Source of the DNA: Salisapilia sapeloensis CBS 127946
Taxonomy: Eukaryota; Protista; Oomycota
DNA length: 53,983 nt
Assembly: GCA_023334545.1 (NCBI GenBank)
Contig: JAADVB010000118.1
Location: forward strand, 1 to 53,983
Direction of reading: 5' to 3'
Part shown: one piece after another, positions 11,342 to 22,037 of the stretch
How positions within the stretch are numbered: the first letter of the stretch is position 1
Layout: the number at the start of each line of letters is the position of its first letter
Notes under the pieces: model-generated
Databases searched by the model: none
Seen by the model: only the letters and a program-made list of their open reading frames with translations
What the model was told of the DNA's origin: nothing
Made by a program: the position numbers and the translations under genes

Positions 11342-13162
11342 ATGGGGAAGAACGAACAACCGGAGGAAAGTCCGAGGTCGAGAGAAGAGTCGTCGCCAGA
11401 AACTGGGACGGTCGTCATGCCAGCCAACCTCCAGGACGATGGCCTCACTGCATCGGAAGAACCAGCATTAGGCGTAGCTCTAGACACTGGCAATTATAAA
11501 GCCTTATTGGACCGGTATAAACGCGCTTCATCGCATTCCGACCCTGAAAACCCGGCAGATGAAAATAAAAGCAGCAAGAACATGGAGAATCAACAGGACG
11601 ATACGACTGTCAAGGGCATGCCGCTTGAAACTGGCAACTACCAGTCGCTCATCCGCTCGGCCATGATGCGCAGTAGCATGCCGAATGCCAGTCGAGACTC
11701 GTCGTCCAGCATGCACCGACCGTCGGACATTTACGAACTACCTGGTAACGCACGAGCAAAGGAACATCGAGCACGCGGATACAGCGCTCTGCGACAAGGA
11801 CAGTATCGCCAGCACGACCGACGAAGTAGTCTGGCGTCGTCCGAAACGGACCGCAATAGCTGTTTGAATAAACCTCGTGTCTCGTGCTTTGATAGGCGTA
11901 GTTCCAGTGCAGCCATCGTGCCGTCCACAGGCTGGATTAGCGTCCAGCACCCGACATTCCGGACGTGGCAGCGGCGGTATGCAGAGCTCGCGGGCGTCGA
12001 GTTTAAGTACTGCAAGGCACCAGGGAAAAAGCCCAAGGGTTTCGGCGTCGTCGAGTCCTTCGAGTCGACAGAAGACGCTCCGTTCGGGCTCAACCTCTTC
12101 TTCGCTGCAGGTGATCAGCTGCAGATCAGCTGCGAGAACGAACAGGAGCGAGCAGAGTGGCTCGAAGCGTTTGAACGAGCGATTGAACGGACGCAAAACC
12201 AGTCGAGCCACTCCAAGACGTCGTACACGCTCACGGCATCCGACCAGCATGAAGGCTACTTGCACATGCAAGACGGCAATGGCTGGCGGATCCTCTACTT
12301 TATCATCCGTCCTGAAGGCAAGTTGGAATGGAAGAAGAACGACACGATCCGCTCCGGCATCATCCGCTCCGTCTCCTTTGCAGACGTACGGGAGAACGCT
12401 CTCGCGATCCAACTAGACGCCGGACGATCGCTCTTTGTCTGTACAGACACGTACGACGAACAGATGATGTGGTACGCTGCACTAGCTGCGGCAGCAGGGA
12501 ATAACGATCGCGTTTCACACGCACACTCCTCCGTCAAAGCGTGCTACGTCCAGACCGCTCGAGCGAACCACTCTGGCTGGCTGCTCAAGCAGACGGGGCT
12601 CTTCAAGTCGTGGAAACGCTTCTTTTTCACACTGCACGGCATCGAGCTCGCGCTAGCGAAAGACACGAACTCGCCGGCCGTCGTCGCCGACAAAGTGGCA
12701 GGCGTCGAGCAACTGAACACCAAGACGAATGGGCTACAAGTGCGATTGAAAAGCGGTCGCGAGTGGCGACTAGCAGCAGACAGCTATGAGACTGCGAAGC
12801 ACTGGCGGATGCTCCTGGCAAACGCCTGCCGTCGTGGAGAGCACTCGAGCATTAAGAAGTACATTGCCGGGAGGAAGAGGAAGGGACTGCCGCCAGTGTA
12901 TGGCGGTTGGCTCACGCGATCGGAGAAAAACGTGTCGAAGCGTAGGAGGTTTTACGTGGTCGATGGAGACACTGTCGGCGTCGCGGATGACGTCGACCAT
13001 CAGCTTACGCGCATTGGCAAGGTAGCGGACGTGGGTGCGTCCATGGATTTAAACTGCGGCATTGTCGTGACGTTTTCAAGTGGAGAGAAACTCAAGGCAG
13101 CGGCGGACTCGATCGAGTCGTTTAAGGCCTGGTACGAGTGCTTGCATGCTTCAGCAGCGTAA
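11342..13162 (+). CDS. Protein with four tandem PH domains and a disordered N-terminus
   Basis: Four PH-like units: TGWISVQ..TWQRRYAEL..WLEAFE; EGYLHMQ..WRILYFII..WYAALA; SGWLLKQTGLFKSWKRFFFTL..HWRMLL; GGWLTRSEK..RRRFYVV..AWYECL. First ATG at 11342, stop TAA. Confidence 0.9.
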   Translation: MGKNEQPEESPRSREESSPETGTVVMPANLQDDGLTASEEPALGVALDTGNYKALLDRYKRASSHSDPENPADENKSSKNMENQQDDTTVKGMPLETGNYQSLIRSAMMRSSMPNASRDSSSSMHRPSDIYELPGNARAKEHRARGYSALRQGQYRQHDRRSSLASSETDRNSCLNKPRVSCFDRRSSSAAIVPSTGWISVQHPTFRTWQRRYAELAGVEFKYCKAPGKKPKGFGVVESFESTEDAPFGLNLFFAAGDQLQISCENEQERAEWLEAFERAIERTQNQSSHSKTSYTLTASDQHEGYLHMQDGNGWRILYFIIRPEGKLEWKKNDTIRSGIIRSVSFADVRENALAIQLDAGRSLFVCTDTYDEQMMWYAALAAAAGNNDRVSHAHSSVKACYVQTARANHSGWLLKQTGLFKSWKRFFFTLHGIELALAKDTNSPAVVADKVAGVEQLNTKTNGLQVRLKSGREWRLAADSYETAKHWRMLLANACRRGEHSSIKKYIAGRKRKGLPPVYGGWLTRSEKNVSKRRRFYVVDGDTVGVADDVDHQLTRIGKVADVGASMDLNCGIVVTFSSGEKLKAAADSIESFKAWYECLHASAA

Positions 13163-13271
13163 GCAGAGAGAGAGATAGGTTTCTACACCTGTCGTAGCAA
13201 GCAGACCTGTCCTAAGTTAATATTATTTTTCATCTTGTGCATGCAAATCGATTTGTTTTGTACGTTTAAAT

Positions 13272-14938
13272 CTACTTGGTCGTGGAGAGACGACGGAAAG
13301 CGTCGATCACGACAAGGATCGTGTCTTCTGGTGCGAGGTCGAGAGACTTGAACTCTCCCAGCGCGACGCGAGCAGATACTTCGATCATTTCGGCGAAAGC
13401 GACGACTTGATCTTGTACATGAGGTACTTCTTGATTACCACTAAAGCATTGTTCCATTGCCTACAGTCCGATGTTAGAAAAGATAGTAGAGGAAGGAAGC
13501 TGTATGCTACGTTAGAGAATGCTGTGTCATGAGTAACCGTCTCTTCCGAGCAGAAGAGTCCTGCGTCGTACAACATGCACTTTAGTCCGTCTCCATGGAG
13601 GAGCTGGTCGTTGGTATTGGCATAGCAGCGATATAGCTTCTGTAACTTGGCAAATGCACCTTGGACGGCCGATAGCGTCACCTAGTCAGATATGAATCAG
13701 CTATAGATGAAAGAACCGACTAGGAAGAATGTACGTCGTGATGTGTATGGTCCCGGAATGGTCCACTTGTGAGCTTTTCCACCGTTCCAGCCACTTTGTC
13801 AGTTAGAATGTTGTCTAGTGCTTTATGCAACGTGCTTTGACTGTCACGAGCGATCTCTTGCGCCATTGGTATTGCTGAACTTAACAGGACATGGATGAAA
13901 CCTGCACGAGTAAGCGTCGGTCCGTACTTAGAGGCTGCTTTATCTTGAACGAAAGCTGGGTTGTCAGTGCAGTCGAGAACAAGCTTGTGCAGATGACTAG
14001 CATCCTTTCGAAAGTGCTGCAATCCACATTCATGCGCGAAGTGCACAAATGCAGTTTCATCCATACTAACGGCATCCATGTCAACTCCACTTGCACCGAT
14101 CGTGTAGTGATGATAAATAGTGCAAAGGGTCTGGAAATGGTCTTGGAGGAGAGATTGGATTGTTTCCTGGCCTTCATCACCAGGCTCTTGAAGCTCCTGA
14201 GGTAGGATCGCGAAGAGGTCGAGACGCTTCCAGTCATATAGGAAAGCAGCTTCAAGTTCCATCTCGGTTTGAGGCTGGGTAGAAGTGACTTTTTGATAAT
14301 ACTCTTCGCGTGCGTAGCTGACCAGATCTTCCATTGCAGGAGTATCGACTGCGGAATGCGACTCTGTATCCTTCGCTTGCTTCGCGTCGTTGGTACTCAT
14401 CTTACGATGACGAATGGCAGGCGATGCCGTCTTACTGTCAGCTTCATTACCGACCAAAGCGTCATCTTCATGTGCTAGATTGAATGCAAGTTTAGTCCAA
14501 GGACTCCACATCGGATTTCCAATCTCATTCACAGGCACTTCTTGCTATCGTCAAAGATAATTGTCAATAAAATAGTTCTGAAGCTGTACGCTACAATTTT
14601 ACCTGTAGAGTAACTTGAATGACTTCATTGTCACGACAGCAGTCCACAATTGTCTTCGTCGGAGGCAGCTCTTGCCCATTGACCTGCCATTATAGTAAGT
14701 CAGCACGAGGAACATGGTACAAGAGTTCCAAAACTACTAAGCATACAGCTTTCGAGACGGAAGCAGGTATAAAGAAGCCTCGTTTAATATGTGCATCTTC
14801 CCTCGTTCTACAACGACCATGAGGAGCCACTTGCGCATATCGCTGGGCAACTACAAGTCCAAGCCATTTGATATTTTGCTTGCCTTCTCCACATGGCACA
14901 TTCAATTCTAGACCATGCACACGAGCTTTCAACTTCAT
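13272..14938 (-). CDS. 5-exon protein with Par3/HAL N-terminal-like domain and EF-hand-like helical region
   Basis: GT-AG exon model keeps frame: exon 1 14938-14747, exon 2 14683-14603, exon 3 from 14544, two further exons, stop TAG at 13272. N-terminus MKLKARVHGLELNVPCGEGKQNIKWLGLVVAQRY. Confidence 0.78.
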
Positions 14939-15046
14939 TGTCCGACACTGTTCCTAGAATAATTTATCGGCATCTAGTACTTCATGAAACCTTCAAGCTA
15001 TTTTTAAAAGTATTCAAAGTAGATATTGTTCAGTTTTATATCCATT

Positions 15047-16399
15047 CTAGTAGTCCAAAGACTTGCTCTCCATGTGTCGACCAGCGAACTTGCACGGTCG
15101 AGAAGCCAAATCTCGCTTCTGGCAACAGCTCCATTGATATCCTTCCAACGGATAATGGCGAGCGACGAAGCGACCGGGGTGGTAGGAACAAGCAAGAGAT
15201 GAGTTCGACTTATTCGTGAACGTCTCATTGCAATTCTTGCACCGACGTGGCTTATGCAGCGTTTCCATTTCCCGCATAATCTCCGCTCGATCCTTTGCAC
15301 GCTGCTTCTCTCTCGAGTACTCGTCTTTCTTCGACCTGTTCACGTATTCCTTTTGCGTGTCCAAAAGCTGCTGTTGCAAGTTCGAGATCTTGCGCTCAAG
15401 TGTATGCACTCGGTCCCTGGATGTCGAATCAGTTTTGTTCAAAGTCTTTAGCTCTGCTTTCTTCATCCTCAGGGATTCATCCTTGCGCTCAATATCCTTC
15501 TCACGCTCAATAACTTCATCTTGCAACTGGGTAACACTCGATGTAAGATCCTCAATCTTTTCCGTGCATTTGGTAACTTCGCGGCGTAGTCGAGCATTGC
15601 TATCACGAAGCTCATCGATCGTCCGATCCTTCTGTCGGAGCTTCGACTGCGTCGTCTCAATCTCAAGATCCAAAGCGTGAATACGATAGCTCGCGTTCTT
15701 TGTCTCGGACTTTAGACTTTCATACTCTTTAGACATACCTTCGTGCTTCTTCAGTTCCGATAGAGCAGATCTATTTTGTCCCCGAGCAGACTCCCACGCA
15801 GACTCGACAGCCTCCAATCGGATCTCAAGACTCTTGCACTCGTCCGTCTTGTCAGACAGCGCTTCTTCTACATATGCAACTTTTCTTTTCAGCTTCTGCT
15901 GTTTCTCCTTGAGCTCCAAAATGGCATTCTCACGCTCAATACTGACGACTTCGAGTTCCCGAATCGTCTCCTTTTGCCTCGCAGCCCGCTTCTGAGCATC
16001 TTCCAGCTCTTTCAAGATGTCCAAACGCTTTTCATTGTCTCCTTTCATGTTCGAAATTTGATCGGACAAGAAAGCATTCTCACGTTCGAGCGTCGACACT
16101 CGATCGCACTCGCGCTCGTACCTCTTGAGCGCTTGCTCGAGCTTTGTCATGGCAGCTATCTTCTCTTTGTGCTCATACTTGCGGTTGGCAGTCTCCTTGC
16201 TGATCGTGTCTTCAGCAGTATCCTTGTACCGCTGGAGCACTCGCAGTTCACCGGACATCTTAGCCTTCTCAAGCCGCAGCTCTTGATGTTCCGTCAGAAG
16301 GCGTTGGTACTGATCCTCCATGCCTCGAGCCTTGCGTTTCCACATCTCCTCTGTCACATTCCATGGTTTCTTGGACCACTTATCAGCGACGTCTGGCAT
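15047..16399 (-). CDS. Long coiled-coil protein with C-terminal CHORD/Btk-like zinc finger
   Basis: 450-aa ORF rich in E/K/R/L heptads, ending in CKNC..CSYHPG..WSCC..C..H. Confidence 0.83.
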   Translation of the reverse strand: MPDVADKWSKKPWNVTEEMWKRKARGMEDQYQRLLTEHQELRLEKAKMSGELRVLQRYKDTAEDTISKETANRKYEHKEKIAAMTKLEQALKRYERECDRVSTLERENAFLSDQISNMKGDNEKRLDILKELEDAQKRAARQKETIRELEVVSIERENAILELKEKQQKLKRKVAYVEEALSDKTDECKSLEIRLEAVESAWESARGQNRSALSELKKHEGMSKEYESLKSETKNASYRIHALDLEIETTQSKLRQKDRTIDELRDSNARLRREVTKCTEKIEDLTSSVTQLQDEVIEREKDIERKDESLRMKKAELKTLNKTDSTSRDRVHTLERKISNLQQQLLDTQKEYVNRSKKDEYSREKQRAKDRAEIMREMETLHKPRRCKNCNETFTNKSNSSLACSYHPGRFVARHYPLEGYQWSCCQKRDLASRPCKFAGRHMESKSLDY

Positions 16400-16832
16400 G
16401 ACGAAGAGGAAGGAGAAAACGTTAAGAAGCTGGAAAGTGAGTTAAGAATAGGACTTGACTCCTTGAAAGCACAATGTGGAATGCCACTGTTCGGTCGAAA
16501 GTTACTCGATCCTCCAATCCTTCGCGTCTTAGCTTGTCATTGAAGTGTTTTATAATTAGCCATCTCCGATGCTATTTTCAGCGCGCATCATGTCGAGCGC
16601 GTTTATTTTCAGCTCCAAGTGTCCAAGCAGATCCACATCTCTTCAAGATACACTTGAAGTGTCTGCTCGTGCGCAAATTGTTTGAAAACCATGTTGGTTT
16701 CGATCGACAACTACAGTAACGTATGATCGTCGTGAGTTCAGTCGTAAGAAACAACGATTGAACGCAACATCGATGGAGATGACCAGGTAACCAGGTATCA
16801 CAATTCAATCCGTCCGAGAGAATCGATATACC

Positions 16833-17270
16833 ATGCCCGGAGTCATGCGTTCGTTTGGCAAGTTCTTCCAGAAAGACAAGGATCGAAGTCGGCGTCAAAC
16901 AGTCCCAAACGACTCGGATGCGTCAGGACGAGCGAGCGCAGGAGCTACACAACAGTCGACGACAGGCACAGTTCGATCAGCGAGTCCCGGGTCGGAACAA
17001 ATCTCTTCCCGATCAAAGCATACAGGGAAAATGGACGGTTCGAAGAGCAGCACAGGTGCAGCGTATGAACCGTGTGAGTTCTATCTCTTCTGTGGGACTG
17101 AAAAGACGGAGGACTTCGTGCCACGCGCATCAGACGTCGACGACATCGACTACTCTTCCCTCCGTCTATCTCTCAAGCAGCAGTACCCTGTCTTCTTCAC
17201 GCCATCCAGCTCCGAGCCCAATCTCCGCTCGAGCGTCATCGCGACGGATCCGGAGGAGTATGACATTTAA
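16833..17270 (+). CDS. Small hypothetical protein (145 aa)
   Basis: ATG-TAA ORF that fills the gap between a divergent and a convergent neighbour. Low-complexity N-half and a structured-looking C-half (PCEFYLFCG..DIDYSSLRLSLKQQYPVFF). Confidence 0.6.
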   Translation: MPGVMRSFGKFFQKDKDRSRRQTVPNDSDASGRASAGATQQSTTGTVRSASPGSEQISSRSKHTGKMDGSKSSTGAAYEPCEFYLFCGTEKTEDFVPRASDVDDIDYSSLRLSLKQQYPVFFTPSSSEPNLRSSVIATDPEEYDI

Positions 17271-17355
17271 GACCACGTACATTAAGTCGATACAGGTAGG
17301 TGCATGCAACTAAACGTAAAGTAAACGAAGAATTGGCATCGTTCAACACAGCGTA

Positions 17356-19157
17356 TTAGTCATCCTCGAGCTCACTCAGTGCCGGCATCTCTCGTCCAGC
17401 ATGGACTTGCGCCTCTTGCTCTGGCGCTTCTTCCTCTTCATCCGACGGATCGGACCCTTCTTCCAGCCACTCATGGAAACTCTCGATCCGTTCCTTCTCC
17501 TCTTCCTTACTCTCTCGATACGTGTAGTCCGTGCCGTCCCAAAACGCGCATTCGAGCTTCCGGCCGGCAAAGAACCGACCGTGCATCACGTCGACGCACG
17601 TTGCGGCGCTGCCACTAGACGCGAATTTGATGATCACGATGCCGTCCGGATGTTTGTTAAATACAGTGACCTTCTCCACCGCTCCGATCTTGACGCACTC
17701 TGCCTGAATATCCTGCTCTAGCTCCTGCTCAAAGCCAGGTTCTAGCATTTCAATCATGAATACACATCCTCTTCCTTTCGCTAGATCATTCAGCTACCTT
17801 GCATCTCTTCCGGCGTGAACATGTGCTTCAGCACGACGATACGCAAGCCTAGTCGGTCGTCATCTTCTCCTTCATTCCACGACAGAGCCTACACACGTAC
17901 CATAAGCATCACATCGAGGCAGGAAGAGTATAAAACTTACTTTTTCCTGCGCCATTTTCTTAATCTTCGCGCGAGGATCTAGTTTCTGCTTCTTCCGTGG
18001 CTCCGACACGTCCTTCTTCGGCTCAAAGACAGCTCGAGAGACGTCAATAACCCAATCTGGTCGGAAAGGAGACTTGTCCAAGAGGTCTACAGCTAGTTGG
18101 ACGGATGCTTCTTTCAAGTAACAGATCGATGCGTCTCCCTATAGTCTGTTAGTGCTATCTCTCCCTTCTCTCACATGAAAGACGTACGTTTAATCCACCA
18201 AAGTCCTTGTTCTCATATAGTTTGATACGCGGCTCACCAGTGTTCAAGTCTGACTGAATCAAACCACACTTGCTAAAGTACTCTTGCACCTCCTCGACAG
18301 TTGTGTCGAGAGGAAGACCGTTGACGTAGATCCACGTTTTGCTGCCTTCCTTGAGCTTTTTCTGCTTCCGAGCTTGCTTCTTCTTCCGTTTCCTTCGCTC
18401 CTTCTCCTCATCGTCCTTATCGGACTGGAGAGGAGGAGCTGGAGTCGATGAGATGTCGGTTGGATTTGGAGTAGCGGCTCCATCCTTTGATGTGTCGTCC
18501 GCAGCTTCCCGTAGACTGTCCAAGTCATGCTGAATTTTTTCTTCCGGTGTCATCCACCGCTTAGATTCTACGTCTAACACGTACTTCTTACCATCCTCTG
18601 CTTCGATGGCAGTAGGAGCAGTGTCTTGCTGAGGATAGACCTGGTCGGCAGCATCCACATTGCTCGCCTCCTCCAACTGTTCCTCCCGACTGACATCTTC
18701 GTTCGCTTCACGAAGAAATTCTTTTAGAAACGGAATCTCATCTAGACACATACTTAGCCATGTCGCTTAAATAAAATATACTTTATAGAAATGTACTCAT
18801 GGGTGTCCAATTGGTCACTTGTTCATTCCAGACTAGTGTCATGCCATCGATCTCACCATCGATAAACAATTGTACGAGTTCTTTCGTCTTAATAGGGCCT
18901 TTCCGAATAGCCTCCTTGGTCTCTGGATCTACCTCGTTCGATACGTAGTACCAATAGGCAAACCATCCTTGACAATACGATTGGAACGCATCGACGCTAT
19001 GGAGAGGCTGCCATTTGTCCATGCTCTTGGTCCATACATGTGTCTGTGGCTGGAGAATACCACGTCGAAGAAGTCTTTTTATAATGGGCATTCGAAGTGG
19101 ACCCTTTTGTCCACCACTTACGCTATCGACGTACATCCAAGTGCGTTCTTCCTCCAT
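17356..19157 (-). CDS. HTATSF1: Tat-SF1/Cus2 U2 snRNP splicing factor with two N-terminal GYF_2-like domains (5 exons)
   Basis: RRM1 (TWIYVNGLP..YFSKCGLI..IKLY..GDASICY) and UHM-type RRM2 (IVVLKHMF..ECVKIGAVEKV..HPDGIVIIKF..MHGRFFAGRKLE..WDG). Two GP..W..W GYF_2-like repeats. Four GT-AG introns, the first at 18742-18796. Confidence 0.9.
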
Positions 19158-19227
19158 GATGCCTTTAAATTCGATTTCGATGCTTTCGTGTCTTTTGCAT
19201 ACATAAATCAAGATAAAAGTTGCAAAT
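19158..19227. promoter_or_regulatory. Putative bidirectional promoter region (70 bp between divergent start codons)
   Basis: Tat-SF1 ATG at 19157 (-) and MOCS2B ATG at 19228 (+). The interval is AT-rich. The call is positional only. Confidence 0.55.
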
Positions 19228-19733
19228 ATGCACCAGACGATCGTCGATGTGACCTACGAGGAGCTCCACCTCGAGTATGCGTACAATGCAGTGAAGGATC
19301 CGAGTGCCGGAGCTGTCGCCAGCTTTGTAGGCACCACGCGCGATAACTTTAATGGTATACACTGCACTAGGTCAACTTTAGTAGATGTTATACATATTGG
19401 AATGCAGGCAAGAAGGTCATTCGACTCGAATACGAGGCATATGAAAGCATGGCCAAGTCCGAGATGCACAAGATCTGTGATCAGATGAGAGAAAAGTGGC
19501 CTGCGATCGTCGGAATTGCAATGCTCCATCGTCTCGGTGTCGTCGAGGTCGAGGAGGCGAGTGTTGTCATCGCTGTGTCGTCTCCACATCGAAAGGATGC
19601 TATCGATGCTTGTGAATTTGCGATTGATACAGTCAAAACGACTGTACCGATTTGGAAAAAGGAAATGTATGAAGGTGACGATAGTGTATGGAAAGAGAAC
19701 GCTGAATGGAAAGCTAGCGAAAATATGCAGTAA
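19228..19733 (+). CDS. MOCS2: Molybdopterin synthase catalytic subunit (MoaE), 2 exons
   Basis: [52 protein letters not shown]. Intron 19355-19407. Confidence 0.95.
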
Positions 19734-19749
19734 CTATTACGAAGCAAAG

Positions 19750-20177
19750 TTATTTGAGTCCCTTCTTCCGGTTCGAGTACATTCGGACAAACTTGGACTT
19801 CTTCTTCTTCCCGGCAGTAGGTTTCTTCACCTGAACGCTCGAAACTGTTTTCGTCTCGCTGTCAGCGTCCTCCTTGGTCGCGACTTCCGTCACCATGTGT
19901 CCAGACTCATCTTCTACCTCCATCGTCGCATTCTCTTTATTCGCCACTGGTTTGGCATTTATCCTTTCCTTCAGGCTCTCCAACGATGAGCCACCTAGAA
20001 GCATCATAAGTCATCATTCCTACTATCTCCAGTACACTCCATACCTTGCTTCTCAAGCGCTTTCTTCAAATTCTCTTGAATCGTCGCCTCCTGCTTTTCC
20101 ACATGAGGCTTCCCGACGCGCTGGGCAAGTTCAGCACGGAACTTGCGCTTAATCTTCGACCGTAAGCTCTTGGCCAT
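19750..20177 (-). CDS. LLP homolog / LAPS18-like small basic protein, 2 exons
   Basis: N-terminus MAKSLRSKIKRKFRAE matches the MAKSLRSK start of the LLP family. One GT-AG intron joins to the 19750-20007 ORF. Lys-rich tail. Confidence 0.7.
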
Positions 20178-20347
20178 CCTGATATGCTATGACCAGGACT
20201 ATTGTTGGTTCGCACGCCTCTTACTTGATTGGATAAAAATACAAGCGGCACATAACGGGTACATGAGATTTTTGAAGTTGAGACCATCTGGCAGAAGTTG
20301 AGACGACCTCGGAGGAGTTAGTAGACGATTTGAGGCAGAAGGAAGGC
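20178..20347. promoter_or_regulatory. Putative bidirectional promoter region (170 bp)
   Basis: Lies between the divergent LLP-like (20177) and BCKDHA (20348) start codons. The call is positional only. Confidence 0.45.
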
Positions 20348-21994
20348 ATGAAGACAGCAATGGTTGGTATGAGAGCTCTACGCTCGAGTTTGAATGTGGC
20401 CAAGAGGCAGACGTTCTCCACTGGGTCTCTTGGTATGGTAATTTAGGACGATGGCATGGGAATGGTTCTTATGATTCTGTTAACAGGTCATTTCCCTGGC
20501 ACGGACGTCCCGCTGCAGCCTGTGTTGGAGATTCGAGACCCACACCAAGATGCTCGTATCCCGTGCTTTCGAAGTATGTTTATACAATGCTTACACATTA
20601 ATAAGAATAATATTAATAGCGCAATTCGTAGTTCTGAATGAAGAAGGAGGGATTGTGGATGGAGCTGAGGACCCTGGACTTGACCAAGACACTTGCTATT
20701 CCATGTACGAGAACATGATCCGACTGAACGTACGTACATTGTGCTAAAAGAATTCTTAACATGCATTAAATCGACTTTACGATCCATAGACGATGGATAA
20801 CATCTTCTACGACGCCCAACGCCAGGTACTATTCCACGCATCCTCTACCTCTTTACCTATACTCAAACCTCTCTAGGGTCGTATTTCATTCTACATGACT
20901 TCCTTTGGTGAAGAAGCGCTCCAGTTCGGCAGTGCCATGAGCCTTCGCAGCAGTACGTTCGCTACATTCGCTACCACATCCTCCTTTAAGTCGTACCTAT
21001 CGTAGAGGACATGGTCTTCGCTCAATACCGTGAGCCGGGTGTCCTCATGTGGCGTGGCTTCACCCTCCAAGAGTTTGCCGACCAGTGCTTTAGCAATGTC
21101 GATGGACACGGCAAGGGACGGCAGATGCCAGTGCACTACGGTTCTGCCAAGCTCAACTACCAGACCATCTCGTCTCCGCTCGCGACACAAATCCCACAGG
21201 CCGTGGGTGCAGCCTATGCATACAAGATCGCGCAGGAAGACCGGATATCCGTATGCTACTTTGGTGAAGGAGCTGCGAGCGAAGGCGACTTCCACGCTGC
21301 GCTCAACTTTGCTGCCACGAAAGATTGTCCGATCCTCTTTATTTGTCGTAACAACAAGTTCGCCATCAGTACACCGATCCTGGACCAGTTCCGAGGCGAC
21401 GGAATTGCTTCCAGAGGCGCTGGGTACGGCATCCCGGTGCTTCGAGTTGATGGCAATGACTTCCTAGCGATGAAAGTCGCGACGGAGAAGGCGAGAGAGT
21501 ACATTGTGCAGGAAGGCAGACCGGTGCTGCTGGAAGCCATGTCCTATCGTGTAGGCCACCACTCGACGTCGGATGACTCGACGAGATACCGTGAAGTTGC
21601 CGAGATTAAGCAGTGGAAAGAGACATGTGATCCGATCGAACGGACGAAGAGATACTTGATCGTATGTCGTAAGAAGACGATGTGGAAACTTGGATACTAA
21701 CGTGTTGATATGATAGAACAAGGGATGGTTGACGGAGGAGCAGGACCAGAACTTGCGTGACCAAGAGCGTATGAACGTGTTGACGGTGCTGCAGAAAGCA
21801 GAAACCAAGGGAGATCCGTCGTTAAACACGCTCTTTGATGACGTGTATGACAAGAAGCCAGCGAGTCTACAGGTGCTTTCTTTTCTCTCGCCTGGTTCTA
21901 TCGTAAGCTGATGCAAGTGATGATATAGGCACAAGAGCAAGAGGTTCATGAGCACGTGGCCAAGTACCCAGAACATTACCAAGGAAGACACTAA
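20348..21994 (+). CDS. BCKDHA: Branched-chain 2-oxo acid dehydrogenase E1 alpha, mitochondrial (8 exons)
   Basis: [45 protein letters not shown] motif [28 protein letters not shown]. Seven GT-AG introns. Presequence-like N-terminus. Confidence 0.97.
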
Positions 21995-22037
21995 TACACG
22001 TGACAAATTGTTTCTGCTATAAGCCACATCTACTTTG

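Noticed and set aside
15776-16543. 255-aa Leu/Phe-rich plus-strand ORF that looks like a membrane protein
   Set aside because: It is the antisense of a Glu/Lys-rich coiled coil, and GAA/AAG codons reverse to Phe/Leu.
16640-16658. CTTCAAG-ATACA-CTTGAAG hairpin in a divergent gap
   Set aside because: A 7-bp stem is expected by chance in 54 kb.
19158-19300. Bicistronic MOCS2A/MOCS2B arrangement as in animals
   Set aside because: Only 70 bp lies upstream and there is no MoaD-like ORF ending in Gly-Gly.
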